From: the human T2T-CHM13v2.0 reference genome, Homo sapiens
Direction: 5' to 3' (one strand)
Assembly: GCF_009914755.1 (NCBI RefSeq)
Contig: NC_060933.1
Length of the DNA: 64,000 bases
The notes below the pieces were generated by a model, which worked only from the letters and a program-made list of their open reading frames with translations, searched no databases and had not been told where the DNA came from. Positions 26,728 through 40,834 of this stretch are shown in pieces (the first letter of the stretch is position 1; each line of letters begins with the position of its first letter). The position numbers and the translations under genes were made by a program.

Positions 26728-28402
26728 CATACCCTATATTTTAGAGGAAGAAACTGAGGCTCAGAGAGCAAAACTGTCCAAGGACATACCAGGATCAATG
26801 ACAGGTTCAGGGGCCTTTCCATTAAAGCACAGCACCTCCTCACAGACCGTGGACATGTCTGCTTTAGGAGGTAGTAAACTCCCCATCACTGGGGGTATCC
26901 AAAGAGGGATAACCACTCAGGAAGGATATTATAGACTTGATTCCTCATTAGGAGGGAAGATTAGACTAGACACCTTTTGCAGTCCATGTTAGCTCCGAAA
27001 TTTTATGATCTTAAAAAAAATGAAAATTAAGGAAGGCATAGAAATTTTTGTAACATTTTACAAGGTGTCTTTTACATCCATCATTTCATTTGATCTACAT
27101 CTGGGTCCCTCTTTGAAATAGCACAGGTCAGGGGTGATGTAAGATAGTGGATATGCCATCAGCTTTGGAGTCAAGACCGACTTTGTTTAAATCTTGACAT
27201 GACTATAGACTAGCCACGTGGCCTTGGATTAGTTCATGACCTTGCTAACAAGTTTAAAGGGGACAATAATGGCCTTGCAGGGTTACATGGTTTAACACAC
27301 AAAAAGTGCCTGGCCCCCAGGACCCCTTAAGCACATGTGGGTTCTCTCCTCCATCTATGCTCTTTTACAGGAAAGGCTCACGGGAGTTAGATGACTCTTT
27401 TGAGGTTTCCCAGAGCTTGCAAGTGATGGGGAAGTCAGACAGAGATTTCAACCTAGGTCTGTGAGATTGTGGGGTCTTCCCTGGGGAACAATTCCCCTCT
27501 CAGTGAAAGAGCTCTATTATCCTTCCCCATGACGATTCCCCCGTGACTATTCTCCCTGGGCAGTGGATAAGGCACACAACCACAGTATCACAAAGGCAGA
27601 GTCGAGAACCTCACATCTTAGGAAATTTCTTAAGAAAAGGGTAGGAGAGGAACTGGGAGCAAAAAAAGAGGAAAGAGCATCCTGGGGTTGGACAGAAAAT
27701 ATGGAGTCTCAGGAAAGCCTGCAAAAGGCAACTTCCCAGTGGAGAGAGAAAGTGGTTGCAGGGGTGGGGGAGCGGCAAAGTGGAGTAGAAAGGGCAAAAG
27801 ACTTGGTGCTACAGCACCCAGGTTTTAGTCCTGGCAGATATGCTGTGTAACTTTGGACTGGTCCCTTCTACCTCTCTAAGTATAGCTTCCTAATCTATCA
27901 AATGGTAAAAATAATACCCACCCCACAGATGGCACAGTGCCCACGTACAAAAACGAGCTGTGTAACTCGAGTGCTTTCAAGTAGGAGGGGCTCCTGATTG
28001 GAGAGTCCACTTCTTTTACTTTGGAATGACTTAAAACGAACCAAGAAAACAAAATACTAACAGTGGAAAAATACCAGAAAATTGTCAATGAGAATGAAAA
28101 GTGTTTTGAGACTCATTCACAGAGGCAAAACTCTCACTGAGAAAAATCGTTCCTGTTCTCACAGAGGAACCTCCTCTCAAAGATGACTGCAGTCCCAAGT
28201 CTGAGGTCTCAGGGAAGTCCCTGGTTCTGCTCAGCCAATAGCAGGAGCCCAAGAAAGGGTAAGTTCCTTCCCATACCCTTCCTCATGAAGGAGGAGGCTT
28301 GACAGAGCCCATCTTGGATCTGCTGAAGACTGATATGCACTAGGTGTGGAGACTCGGTGTGTGGTCAGGGAACCTGGGAAGGGTCTGGCACATGTGTCTT
28401 AC

Positions 28403-28527
28403 CAGTGAGCAGTTGGAGGTCCGGAAGGGGCTCGGAGAGGACCCCCCGGCACTGCTCCTCCACCGGCAGCGGGATCACCAACAGCCCATCGGCCAGCTGG
28501 GGAAAGTCCTTGATGAAGTTGTTCTCC
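28403..28527 (-). CDS. ASTN2: ASTN2 internal coding exon (125 nt, phase 2 in / phase 1 out)
   Basis: Minus strand: ctctgctcctctccacag|GGAGAACAAC...CTCACTG|gtaaga. Encodes (R)ENNFIKDFPQLADGLLVIPLPVEEQCRGVLSEPLPDLQLLT(G), recognised as astrotactin-2, and joins the next exon in frame. Confidence 0.96.
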
Positions 28528-31500
28528 CTGTGGAGAGGAGCAGAGAGACTGCCAAATCGAGGAAGTGGAGACTGCTGAGGACTACAGGGCAAGGAGGCAG
28601 GATGCTGTAGTCAGAATAAAGACTCATGGTGGGGTGACTTTGCTGTAATGCCTCTGGTTTCCTGAATCCCAGCTCTGAGAACATGGTGCTAACTACAGGT
28701 TCCTGAATCAGGCAGGCTGGGGTTCAAATTTAGCCCCACTGCTTACTTGGCTGTATGATCTCAAGCATGCTACTGTTCCTCTCAGAACCTCAGTTTCCTT
28801 GTCTATAAAGTGAGACTCAGATCTAAGGGCTGTTGTAAGCACTTAATGGGAAAAACCTACCAATTATTTAAGATACTTTCTGATGCTCTATAAACTGTAT
28901 GTGGCCGCTAAATGTCCCCTGGCATAAGCAGTGGCAATGTTGAACCAGGATGTGAGAACTGAGAATAGTGCGTAGTGTTTGCAGAACAAGGGGCAAGACT
29001 AGGCTGAAAAAAAGAAAAACAAACAAACAAACCTTGGAAAAAATAGATGTTTGTTAAATGGAAGGGCCCTAAGAGACTTTTTTTTTTGGCTCAAACTTTT
29101 CCTTTTACAGATGGGGAAACTGAGGCCTGGAGAAAGGGAATGACTTGCTGAATCACAACCTGATAGGTTAGACTCAAACCCATGTCTTCTGACTCCAGGT
29201 TAGTGCTCTTTCCCTTGCTCTAACTTCTTTAGGTGCCTCTAACCCTTTCCTGCAGGCCAGTCCCAGGGAACAGAAGACAGACCTCTGAATGACCCCAGAA
29301 AACTGAACTGTGAACAAAGTTCTGAGAGGATGGTAGTAACAGTGCAGCAGAGGGAGGCAGGTTTCATTCTTCTAGACAATAGACCTGCCTAAAAATTAAC
29401 AGCCTGCCAAGAGAGGTGGTGAGCTTCCTGTTACTGAGGGTGTGCAAGCAGAAAACTTGGCAGCCAGTTGGCACGGATGGTATCGAGGTCTTTTCCAAAT
29501 TAAATATGACTTATGAGGTCCCTTTATATTCAGAAATTCCCAGCATTAAAGACATGAATTATAGTCTGGAGAGGAGGAGGAGAGAAGAGAAGGGGGAGGA
29601 GAAGAACAAAAGGAGGAAGATGTTTATTACTTCATTTTGACACATGGAATGGTCAACCTTGAAATGAAAATCAGAAGCACGAAAACAAAAATATGTGATG
29701 CCAAAGCAATGCCTTTGAAGCCTGTATCTCAGACAGTTCAAAAGCAGCTGTAAAAGTGTTGAGTGGCTTGGGTCACCTTCCTGTCTGCTCAACATCTCTG
29801 CACCCCACTCCAGGCACCTTTGAAGCTCATCATCAATTCATCCATTTAATGAACACTTTCTTCATTTCTGAGTCCAGAGGATGTGACATTATCACCATCT
29901 TCTATACCACCAGCATCACCATCATTATCATCATTGTCTTTGTCATCTATATTATTCATTGAATCTTTATAATTTGCTAGGATCTAGCTAAATACTTTAC
30001 ATACATTTTATCACTTAATCTTCACAGCAATCCCAAAAGATAGATATTATTATCTTTAAGTTGCAGACAAGTAGCATGAGATTTGGTGTTAACAGGTGGT
30101 GGAGCTGGGATACGAACCCAGGTCTGGTTGGGCCTAAGACTGTCTGCCCAGGCATGCACGTGCATGATGGTGAGTTTTAAGGCCCACACTTGCCATTTAA
30201 ACATGCTGCTGTGTGTGGGTGTGCCATGGCTGTCTGTGGAGTCATCCTTGTTTATGTCTGTGTGTGCCTGTGATAATGGGTTCTACCTAGATGGTTGGTC
30301 TTTGTCTACAAATCTGGGAGTGTGGAACAGCAATATGAATTTAAAAAGACAGGCTTCTGGTAGATGGAAGTACCACCACATAGCATATAACCCTAGCCAG
30401 GACTAAATGTCCTCATGCCTCCCTTGTGAGGTGGCCTCTGGTGATAGATTTTTCCCTGAAAGATGTAGCAGGATGGAGGGGTAGTCCATGCCCTAGTCAT
30501 TCAACCAGCATGCACTGAGCACATACTTGGGTGGAATCCTGTGCTGGGTGGTGCTAAGAACACAGAGACAGATTGATGTTTCCCCTTGTCCTCTAGATCT
30601 TCTCAGCCTAGTGGGGAAAACACAAAAAATGGCCATGCAGAATAATCAGTGGGGGCTGCTATCAGGAATTCTGCATGTGCTGGGTGCTGCTGCACAAGGT
30701 CTCTTCCCTACAAGATCCCCAGCACTTGTTTTCACTCTGGGCAGGAGAGGCTAAGGGTGAGGAGGTAGCTCAGCCTTGGAAGCTGAGAAGAGCCTATGAG
30801 GACTGGGCTCCAGTTCTGCCCACACTGCATCCTAGCTGTGTAACCTGGAGCAAACCAACCAAATCTCAAGGTTCTGTTCTGTAAAATGGGGATCATAACA
30901 GCTATTCAGCTGGCCTTAGTGGAATGGCTACAATAACAATAGCCTTTTATTGAGCACCTACTATGCACCAGACACAATTGGCAGTACTTATTCTTCACCC
31001 AACTCTGTGAAGTAGGTGTCATTTACATTCCCCATTCAGACATTGAAAAGCTGAAGCACAAAGAAGTTATGTAACTACCTAAAGCCACAAGGCTGGGAAG
31101 TGGGAGATCCCAGGTGGTTTGGCCCCAGATCAAAATTGAGTAATATATTGCTTTCAACCATGAGTTAAGTTTTAAAGTTGATTCAATCTGATATTTAAAT
31201 TTTCCAGAATTCTATGAGGTTTAAAAGCAAACTAAATGCTTAAGTATATTTTATACTTTATTATGTACTAAAAAATGACCAGATTGTGGTGTTATTTCTC
31301 AGCTTGCCTTTCCCTAAGCATTCACTCAGAAAGTTGAATATAGAAGGGTTAATATTTATTGTATGCCTGGCATAGAGTCTTTGTTTGTCTAACAGGTCAT
31401 GGTAGATGTCTTCAAAAGACATCCTAGCACTCCTCATCACTGCTTGGGTAGAGGGTGCTAAAGGACCTGCCTGTGACACACACAGACTGTCAGTGTTGGA

Positions 31501-32233
31501 AGGGCCATAGTGCCTGGGCGTGTGCTGAGCCCAGACAGGATGCAGCCAAGAGGAGGACCTTGCTGCTCCTACAAGAGAGGAGAGAGTTAGCTATTCACCA
31601 CATGCCCCAGGCTCTGTTCTCTATGTGACCTCTTCAAGCCTCACGCAAATGCCACAAAATAGGCATATATTCCCAGTTTAACCGACAAGGAAATGGATTT
31701 TCCATGGACTTACATAATGGATGCATTTGGGAAATGAAATCTGAAGGCAAATCTATCATTTTTCACTTTACCACCCAAGAGTGTCCATTTCAAATCTCTA
31801 GAAATGTTCTTACAATTGTAGAGAAGGGAAGGTAATGCCACCTTCTCTATCCGCATGTCCCTCTCTTCCAATCCTTCTGCCTTCTTATCAAGTCACTCTT
31901 AGCTCTGCAAGGAAATCTGACCCCAACGGGACAATGCAAGGAAGTAGAGTGTGCAAACTCAGGAGGCAGGGGCCTGGCTCAGGACACCCCTTCTCGGAGG
32001 AAGGTTTTCCTTCCTGAGCTTCCAGAAAGTAGAGGGGGGACTTGGAGAAATGCAGAAAGACAGAGAAGATGGAAGGGTGACAGTTAGCCAGCCAATATGG
32101 AAGACTGGGAAGAAGGGTGGCAGGTAGGCGGAGATGAAGCCCGAATGAACAGCCCAGCGACGGCATGGTCTCTCGGGTACTGGGTCCCTTTGCGACCGCC
32201 TGGGCGATGGCCACAAGTCCTGCAAGGCCTCTG

Positions 32234-32247
32234 CCAGCAGAGGGCGC
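32234..32247 (+). promoter_or_regulatory. CTCF core motif in a CpG-retaining patch
   Basis: CCAGCAGAGGGCGC matches CCASYAGRKGGCRS at every position; 13 CpGs in 32129-32321 in otherwise CpG-poor, non-Alu DNA. Confidence 0.75.
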
Positions 32248-32454
32248 CCGGGGCCTTTGCATCGATCAGCTGTTTCGGGAGGCAAAACATGGATGAGAGA
32301 GTAGCTGCTGGGAAAGTTCCGCTGGGCTGAGAACCTCAGATGGAAGCCTAGACAACAGCTGCAGAACCCACCCACCTGGGAGAGGCGACCAGGGAGCTGG
32401 CAGGGTGCTGGCTTAAACTCGGGTGCTCAGGAATAATTCAGATTCTTAGCGCTC

Positions 32455-32609
32455 GTGTGTGTGTGTGTGAATGTGTGTGTGTGTGTGTGTGTGTGTGTAG
32501 TAAAAACTACCACACAACTAATTCGTATAATAGGAAGACAGAAATAATGGACAATATTTATTTATTGATTATATCTGTTGCTCATCAGTTATGCTGTAGC
32601 TCATGTGCC

Positions 32610-32662
<53 letters not shown>
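32455..32662 (+). repeat. Two (TG)n microsatellites (32455-32498, 32613-32662)
   Basis: Direct reading; each is followed by tagtaaaa. Confidence 0.95.
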
Positions 32663-32664
<2 letters not shown>

Positions 32665-32911
32665 TAAAAGCTGCTAGGTAACTAACCCTAGCAATAATGA
32701 TAATATTTACAGAGATTTATTGATTGCATTTGTTGACCATCTCCTATACTCAAGGTAGTGTGTCAAGATATAGTAGCGTACAGGAATGGAAAACCAAAGG
32801 TTGTATGTTCTCACTTATAACTGTGAACTAAGCTATAAGGATACAAAGGCATAAGAGTGATATAATGAGTTTTGAGGACTTGGCGGGGGAAGGTTGGAAG
32901 AGGAGTGATAA

Positions 32912-33507
<596 letters not shown>

Positions 33508-34468
33508 CTATGTGTTGGGTACAGTGTCTACTGTTCAGATGAAGGGTGCCCTAAAATCTCAGCAATCACCACTAAAGAACTTATCTATCTAATCAAAAAC
33601 CACTTGTACCCCCAAAACGATGGAAATTAAAACAGATATAGGAGTGTGTATGCCATTTTAACCTCATAAGAACTCTGTGAGACAGGTACTATCATTATTC
33701 CCACTTTATAGACAAAGAAACATGTTCAGAGAGGTTAAGGAACTTGTCCAACTGAGGTCCATGGTTTGAAAGTGGCAGTGGCCAAGACCGCATTCTAACC
33801 CCTAGCTTCCAGCTGAGAGCCCAGCACGCAGTAAGTACATGCTCAGTGAATCGATCCCAAGCCTGTGCTCTTGATCCCTGGCATAGCTTGACTCATTTAG
33901 AGATGAGACCAGGCAGTTCTGTTATTCACCACCACAGTGGAGTCTGCTTTCAAGAAAGCATTTTTGAGAGATGCTTGTTTAAACAAACAGTGGCTCTGCT
34001 GCTGCTTGAAACACAACATTCACTTACACACACACACACACACACAAACACACAGATAAGCATCTGCCAAATTTATCTATAAAAACAGTTCAATCTCAGT
34101 CGACATTCTAGGGAAACAATTCATCGATTCTAAAATAGTAGATCTTGGGCCCCGGGGACTCTGGCAGTGAGAGGTCTCCTTCATTTCACAAACACTTATT
34201 GGAGCTCTAACCTTTTTCAGGAACTGTTTTGGGTACTAGGGATACAGCAGTGGAAAATCAGAGGAGATGCCTCCATTCATGAAGACCAGGAGAGAATCAA
34301 TGTTGCATTGAGGTCTACAAGATCCCTCATTATCTAGACCCTGCCTACTTACTCCTGCTGCCTTATTGTTTGAGCCACAGCCCCCTGGGCCACTGTTTTC
34401 CTCCTGCTCTGACTGTCCTTAAGTTCCTTTTCTGGGGCATGCTCCCATCCTACACAAGGACCCACTTA

Positions 34469-34522
34469 GAATTTGCCCTCTCTCTGGAATTTGCCCTCCC
34501 TCTGGAATTTGCCCTCCCTCTG
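34469..34522 (+). repeat. 18-bp tandem repeat x3
   Basis: gaatttgccctc(t/c)ctctg three times, inside L2-like sequence. Confidence 0.92.
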
Positions 34523-35354
34523 CACCTGAACAACTCCTACTCATCATTCAGACCATCCACTATTCCTCTGCCTTTGAGAACTCTCGCTGGAATCAGTTCT
34601 TCCATTACACACCCTTATAGTATCTTGTTGTTTTCCACTATGAAGGGCTTTATCGTTTCTAACGATACATGTGCTCATGGAAGACCTTGTTGGACACCTG
34701 TCTTTCCCACTAGACTGTGAGTTCCATGCAGCCCCAAACTATGCCTGTCCAATGTACTGCTGCCTCCTCAGGGCCCAGCAGTGCAAACTGAGTGCCTGAG
34801 TAAAACTGAGAAAAAGTAGGTGCACCATGAGCATTTGTTGAAGCAGTGAAGGAAGAAAACCCAGAGACAATGGTAATGTGTGCATGACCACATCTATTAT
34901 GAAGCCCTTTCTGATGTTTTGCCAGAGTCTCAGAATGCTTCAGGATCTAAAGCATATTGAGGATTTGAGTCTAATATTCCATAAGAAGCTTCAAAACCCT
35001 ACTTTCTTACCCTAAATTCCTGAGTGCATACATACTCTGGCTCCCATGGAGCTTGGACAGAGGGGCCAGGGGCCACTGAGTGAGTGGGACCAGATGAGAA
35101 AAGATGATCTCCCTAAGAAAGGGGTTGGTTAAACCTCCCATTCTTGGTGTGCATATGTGCATTCAGGTAGAGGTAGTGGTGTGGGCACATTCTAAAATGA
35201 ACAATGCCAGTGGGCAGCAAAAGGCCCCATTCAAAAACCATCATTTCCATAATACCATTCCAGTTTTCCCCAGTTGAAATACATCTTTTCTATCACTTTA
35301 ATTTCATGCATCTTCTTTGTAGATTCCAGATGTGGCCTTGGGATCTAGTGATAG

Positions 35355-35825
<471 letters not shown>

Positions 35826-38280
35826 GTAAAGTTATTTTTAATGCTAGCTTATTTTCCTGAATCCCATACTAGATTCTGAATCTCTCCAAGGATCTCAGAG
35901 GGCCCAGCACAGTGCCTTTCTCACTGTATATGCCCCTGAGCATTTGTTGAACCATGTGTAATAGAAGGGGAAGGTCTCTTTACCCTCCCAGGCTACCTGC
36001 ATATGACCTCTAAATGACAGAAATCCTACAAAGCATTTCCACTGAGATGCACTGTGTCTAGCTTCCTTCTGATCAGCCATGCTGACAGCAAAGACAAACA
36101 AGGGAAGCTGGACTCCTCTGCCACTCTGTCCTACCCTTCCTCAGGTCTTTGCTGCCTGCCGCCCCCTTTTAAGAATATGTGTGTTTTGGGTACATTAATA
36201 CACAGCAGCCAGCATGCAAGAGCCATCACCCCTCAGTTCTAGGGAAATTAGCATTTAAATTGAGGTATTCCAGGAAGGTAAATCACCTTAGAGCCAGCCA
36301 GCACTGTCTGCAGTCTTTTCTTACTTGAGGGAAAGCTAGGAGCCTTGGCTTGGGAGCTATTGAGTTTGCAGGGAGGGGCTTGCTCTCCTTGCCTGGTTCT
36401 CTGGCTCTTCCTACACTGCCCATAAGCCTCAAAAAAGGTTGCCTTAAAATCCCAAAGCTGATGAGGACATATTCCCTGGTGTACACTGTGCCTCATCCCC
36501 CCTCTCTGACTGAACTGAGCCTTTATGCCAAGTGACAGGATGACTTTGGCTGAGATTTGGTGTCCTCTGACAACAAGCAGTTGGGAGACCTGTGTTCTCA
36601 TCTTGGCTCTGTCACTGGCTGGCTGTGTGATGTGCAGAAGCCACTGTCCTTCTCTGGAACTGAGAAGAATGGGCTGGTACAAAACGTTTGTCTGAACCTC
36701 AAGCTGGGAGGTGCTGGGCTAGATTTTGTAGCTGTCCTGCAGGTGCCGGAGACATCTATAGGGTCTGGTGGTGATAAATTGATGCTAACACTGGTTGGTT
36801 GGTACCAGCCCACCCTGAAGCTCTGCCCTCTTAAGCAGCAGTTAGAAACTGTTCTCATATGCTCTACTTCTTAATTATGCATCATAGTTTAAGTTCTCTG
36901 GTCAAGCACTCAATATTTAGTGATTCCTTCATTTAACCATTCATTCGTTCATTCATTCATTCCTTCATTCATTCAACAAATATTTACTGTTATTTGTCAG
37001 GCATTAGGAATACAACAATAAAAATGACAATCTCTGTCCTCCAGTTACTCACAGGCTGATAGGAGACGCACATGTGTACAAATGCCTTCTATGTATGTGT
37101 GCACATGTGTGCAAGGTAAATCATTGTTTTGAAAATGTTAAAATGTTTTTCATTCTCCGGAAATCCTATTTCAGCTTTGCCTCTCAAAGTTGACTTTGCA
37201 GTGTTTCAAGCTGGACAATAGTTTCAAAACCCAGCCTGTGCTGAGGGCGAAGTTCCCTTCTCTATCAAAAGACAGACCTGCTGACTCAGATCATTATGTT
37301 TTATTTTAATATACAGATTGGGCAGGTGATGGCCTCACAGTTGTACCCACCAGATAAGAAAAGGAAATAGTACACTCTTCTTTCTGCCACTGATGCTGCA
37401 AGGAATTGTTGAAGAGGAAAGTCAAGTGGCTGAGAGTTCAGATGGGAGTGCCTCAGTGACCCTCCTCCTGGCCTTTTGGAAGTCAAACCACCCCTCATTC
37501 ATTCCAAGTACAAGGGTAGTGTCAATAAATGCTTAAGATATTTAAGAATCTCGATACGGGTGAGCAGGGGTGATAGGGTTTGCTCCCCTAGACTCAGGAT
37601 ATAGTCTGGGAAGTTTGCAAGCCCCTCGCTCAACAAGCCAACAGGAGCTCCTGGGAGAGGGTAGCAGTAAGTGAAGAAGAGACTTGAATTTGGAGCCACC
37701 CATGCCAAGTTCTGCATACACAGGGTAAAGGGGATAAAACTGTCAAGACTTCCTGGCCCCATAAATATGTGCAATTGTTATATGTCAATTAAAATATAAA
37801 ATTAAAAATAAAAAGACTTCTTGGCATAACTCCTTCGCTCCCATGGTGGCAGGGATGGTAGATGAGGCTGAGATTAGAACATTAGAACCAAGGGGGCTTC
37901 AGAGTGTTGAGACCTAATGACCTTGGACATTGGCTGTGTGTTCCAACACATTGCTTCTCTCAAAAAACTACCCAAGACCATCCATACCTCAATGGATGCC
38001 AGTGCCAGCGCTCAGAGCCAAGCTCAAACAAAAAATCACATAGCAAATACCAGCAAGGATCCACAAGAACACATTTGTACCAGAGACCTTCCCTCACCAA
38101 CCTCTGCCTTCTCTGAGGCCAAGTTAAGGGGTAGGGGAGACTGTTTGGTAAGGGGGAGAGGCAAGGCTGGTGGGGAGAATGCAACTGAGGCAAGACTGGT
38201 GGGGAGTTGAACTTTGAGTGGACTAAACGTTTACCCTAGAGAAAATGTTTTGTATCCTTAATCAAAAAATGGAAATACTT

Positions 38281-38540
38281 GGCCGGGCATGGTGGCTTAT
38301 GCCTGTAATCCCAGCACTTTGGGAGGCCGAGGCAGGCAGATCTTGAGGTCAGGAGATTGAGACCATCCTCGCTAACATGGTGAAACCCCGCCTCTACTAA
38401 AAATGCAAAAAAATTAGCCAGGCGTGGTGGCGGACGCCTGTAGTCCACGCTACTCAGGAGGCTGAGGCTGAGGCAGGAGAATGGCGTGAACCCAGGAGGC
38501 AGAGCTTGTAGTGAGCCGAGATCATGCCACTGCACTCCAG
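38281..38540 (+). mobile_element. AluY-like, 3'-truncated (no tail)
   Basis: ggccgggcatggtggct...cactgcactccag, then an abrupt junction with a reverse Alu. Confidence 0.92.
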
Positions 38541-38813
38541 TGAGACGGGATCTCACTCTGTCGCCCAGGCTGGAGTGCACTGGTGTGATCTCGGCTCACT
38601 GAAACCTCCATCTCCCGGGTTCAAGCGATTCGCCTGCCTCCCGAGTAGCTGGGATTACAGGGGTGTGCCACCACACCGAGCTAATTGTATTTTTAGTAGA
38701 GACGGGGTTTCACCATGTCAGCCAGGCTGGTCTTGAACCCCTGACCTCAAATAATATGCCCACTTCGCCCTCCCAAAGTGCTGGGATTTCAGGCGTGAGC
38801 CACCGTACCAGGC
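38541..38813 (-). mobile_element. AluS-like, tail-less, fused tail-to-tail with the preceding Alu
   Basis: tgagacgggatctcactctgtcgcccaggctgg...gtgagccaccgtaccaggc with no poly-T. Confidence 0.92.
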
Positions 38814-40834
38814 AGAAACATGTTTTTGCTATCAGTGGAATGAAAACTTGAGAGAATTATTATGTCAGTTGTAGAAAATTAAGACAACAGTGTTTTTGTA
38901 TACTGAGTTGCAGCAAAATAATTTTTGAATGCTTGACTGTGAGAATGGATGGTTATAGGTTAGAGGGATAAAGTCTAAGTTTCATCGGGAAAGTTCAGGG
39001 ACAAAGGAAATGAAGAGAAGGAAAACTTAATGTAGACTGAGGAGGTCAGGAAGGCTCCCTGGAGGAGGTGAGACTTGACAGATTGGGAGGGGTTAACAAG
39101 GGAGAGGGCAGAAAAAGGAGGTGAGGGTGGGGCCTAGGCAGAAAGAACAGCATGCACAAAAGTCCATAGGGGTGTATGTGTGTGGGCGCATGTGTGTGTA
39201 TGGAAGAGGCACAGATAAAACACATGGCATGTTCTGGAAATTGCAATAAGCTAAGTTTCAAGATGCTAAAGCAGCGAGTGAGAAGCAAGGATGGGATAGG
39301 GCTAGAGGAGGCCACATAGGGATCAGATCTCATGGGTTTTCTAAGTGATGCTACAGAAGGTGGGCTTCATTCTAAGGGTAAGGAGACCCACTGTAGGGTA
39401 TTCAGCAGGAAAGCAAAACCATCAGATAGGAGCTTCAAAAAGACTGCCTGACTACAGGGTAGAGGATGGACTGAAAAAAGGCTGGAAGGAGGGAGACCAG
39501 TTAAGAGGTTTTGCAGTAATCCAGACAAGACATAACCGATTAGATGGACAACAGAATACAGAGAAGAGGCACAGATTTGAGAGAGAGTCAGGAAGTAGAA
39601 CCTGCTGATCTCCATTGCCAACTGCACGTGGTGGGGAGTAAAAGAAGAGTCATGGGATATATTGAGCAGGTTTGAGCCCAAGCAGTCAAGCCCATGCTCC
39701 TGTGCTGACTCCAGAGACCTGCCTCCCCAGTATTTGCTTATTATTAGTACTAATAACCAGAGCCCTCCACACATGCCTGAGTTCATTAACCACAGCTAGA
39801 AAACAGACCAATGTGCTTTGTCCCATCACATATGTCCTCGGCCTCCTTTCTGCCTCTGCTAGCTGTCAGTCCACCTCAGCTTAACTGCTAACTGTGAGAC
39901 CCACAGGAAGATGGCCAGATCTCAAGCCTAACCCCCAGCACTTCAAGCAGGCCAAGTCACCACCCAGACGGAGGCTCTCAGAACTGCAATTTGCTCCCTA
40001 GCAGAATGCAGCTTGTGACCCCTACTGTCCAGGGTGTTTCAAGGACCATGGCTGCAAAGTTGCTTTACTGGCCTATCCAGTGGCCCATACCCATGGGTCC
40101 ACTCTAATCACATCTGATGCTCCTAGAAATGATAAGCATTACTGTTACCATTTGATAGGAAAAGAAGCAGAGGCAGTATAGAGAAGTGTCTTATTTAAGG
40201 CCTTGCAGGTGTTTTCTTGGCAGAATTGGACTGACTACCAATCCCTATTCTTAGTTTCCAATCCAGTCCTGTTTCGACTTGTGCATTCTCAAGGGTTAGG
40301 CAGAGTGACCTCTCTACCTGCCTGATACCTTCTCTGAACTGTGAACTCCTTCCAGGCAGCAGCTGTATTTGTTTCTTCTTTGCAGCCTCCTCTGCGCTCT
40401 CTCGTAGACTTCCCAGACAGACCTCGTGGTGTCGTCTCCTTCAGGAAGCTGTCACTGAGTCCCTTCTTTGGAAGCAATATCCTTCTGTTTCCACAGCACT
40501 TGACTTTGGCTCTGATCTCAAGATCACCAACTCTGCTAGGTATGATTGTTCTCTGCACGTGTTTCCCATCTCAGATTCAATGGTCAATGCTGCAAGGATC
40601 TATATAACTAGTTTCCCTCAGAGCCCTCCTCCCCACAGTCTGATTCCAGGGTTTGGTATAGACACAGTCCCTAATAGCTGTTCTTGAGGCCATCATCCCC
40701 TCTCATAGCGACTACTACAATGACCTGTTAACTATGCTTTCTGAATTCAGCCTTGCCCCTTCCAATTCATTTACTATCTTGCAGCCAGAACGATTTTCTG
40801 AAATGTTTCTAACACAAATATGTCATTAGCTCCA

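Noticed and set aside
32215-32233. TGCAA upstream of the CTCF core as a zinc-finger 9-11 upstream motif
   Set aside because: The spacing to the core (13 nt) is shorter than in typical extended CTCF sites.
31888-32375. Several overlapping ORFs over the GC-rich patch, suggesting an exon or small gene
   Set aside because: Explained by local GC content; no convincing splice-site pair or protein similarity, and the CTCF motif is a simpler explanation. Too short to call a CpG-island promoter.
34469-34522. Short direct repeats as a possible CRISPR-like array
   Set aside because: No spacers, eukaryotic context; a simple tandem repeat.
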